From the NCBI GenBank assembly GCA_973895155.1, contig OZ316892.1:27179233-27243232 (forward strand): a stretch of DNA of 64,000 bases, read 5' to 3'. Below the pieces are notes generated by a model. The model was not told where the DNA came from. It saw nothing but the letters and a program-made list of their open reading frames with translations, and did no database searches. Position 1 is the stretch's first letter, and each line of letters starts with the position of its first letter. This stretch comes from Marsupella aquatica. Its lineage: Eukaryota; Plantae; Marchantiophyta. This document shows, piece by piece, positions 63,996 through 64,000 of this stretch. The translations under genes and the position numbers were made by a program.

Positions 63996-64000
63996 GGGGC

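Larger units (their letters stand above)
58423..64000 (-). mobile_element. Gypsy element G3 inserted in G1 integrase; 5' part runs off the window
   Basis: 3' LTR 58423-59266, PPT, and pol on the minus strand (LIDTGSEIN, LPQGATNS, FIDDVPIKG, VDASS, HKG..C..C, GKSERGH, WQGPY). Confidence 0.9.

Overview
Eukaryotic land-plant DNA with GT-AG introns; the gene and retroelement styles suggest a bryophyte such as a liverwort (inference). The first ~11 kb hold two convergent host genes: a multi-exon plant transmembrane protein (+) and a ZW10 homologue (-) with an apparent exon-2 frameshift and no recognisable last exon. From ~12 kb onward the window is a transposon island. It begins with an intronless RPA70-C-like OB-fold ORF, decayed accessory ORFs and a truncated CACTA element (A). 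Next is an 11.5-kb CACTA element (B, 24124-35661) with an open transposase, a TnpA-like gene and two intact cargo ORFs: a stand-alone EDM2-type composite PHD reader whose N-terminus resembles the histone H3 tail, and a stand-alone Pol-lambda-like BRCT protein. The rest is a deep nest: Gypsy G1 > chromovirus G2 > Copia C1 > 4-bp-TSD TIR element, plus a MITE in a G2 LTR and Gypsy G3 in the G1 integrase. The best candidate for a new system is the CACTA-borne EDM2-PHD/H3-mimic + BRCT module, a possible transposon-encoded anti-silencing or repair-recruitment system. All family assignments are by eye from remembered motifs; no database search was run.
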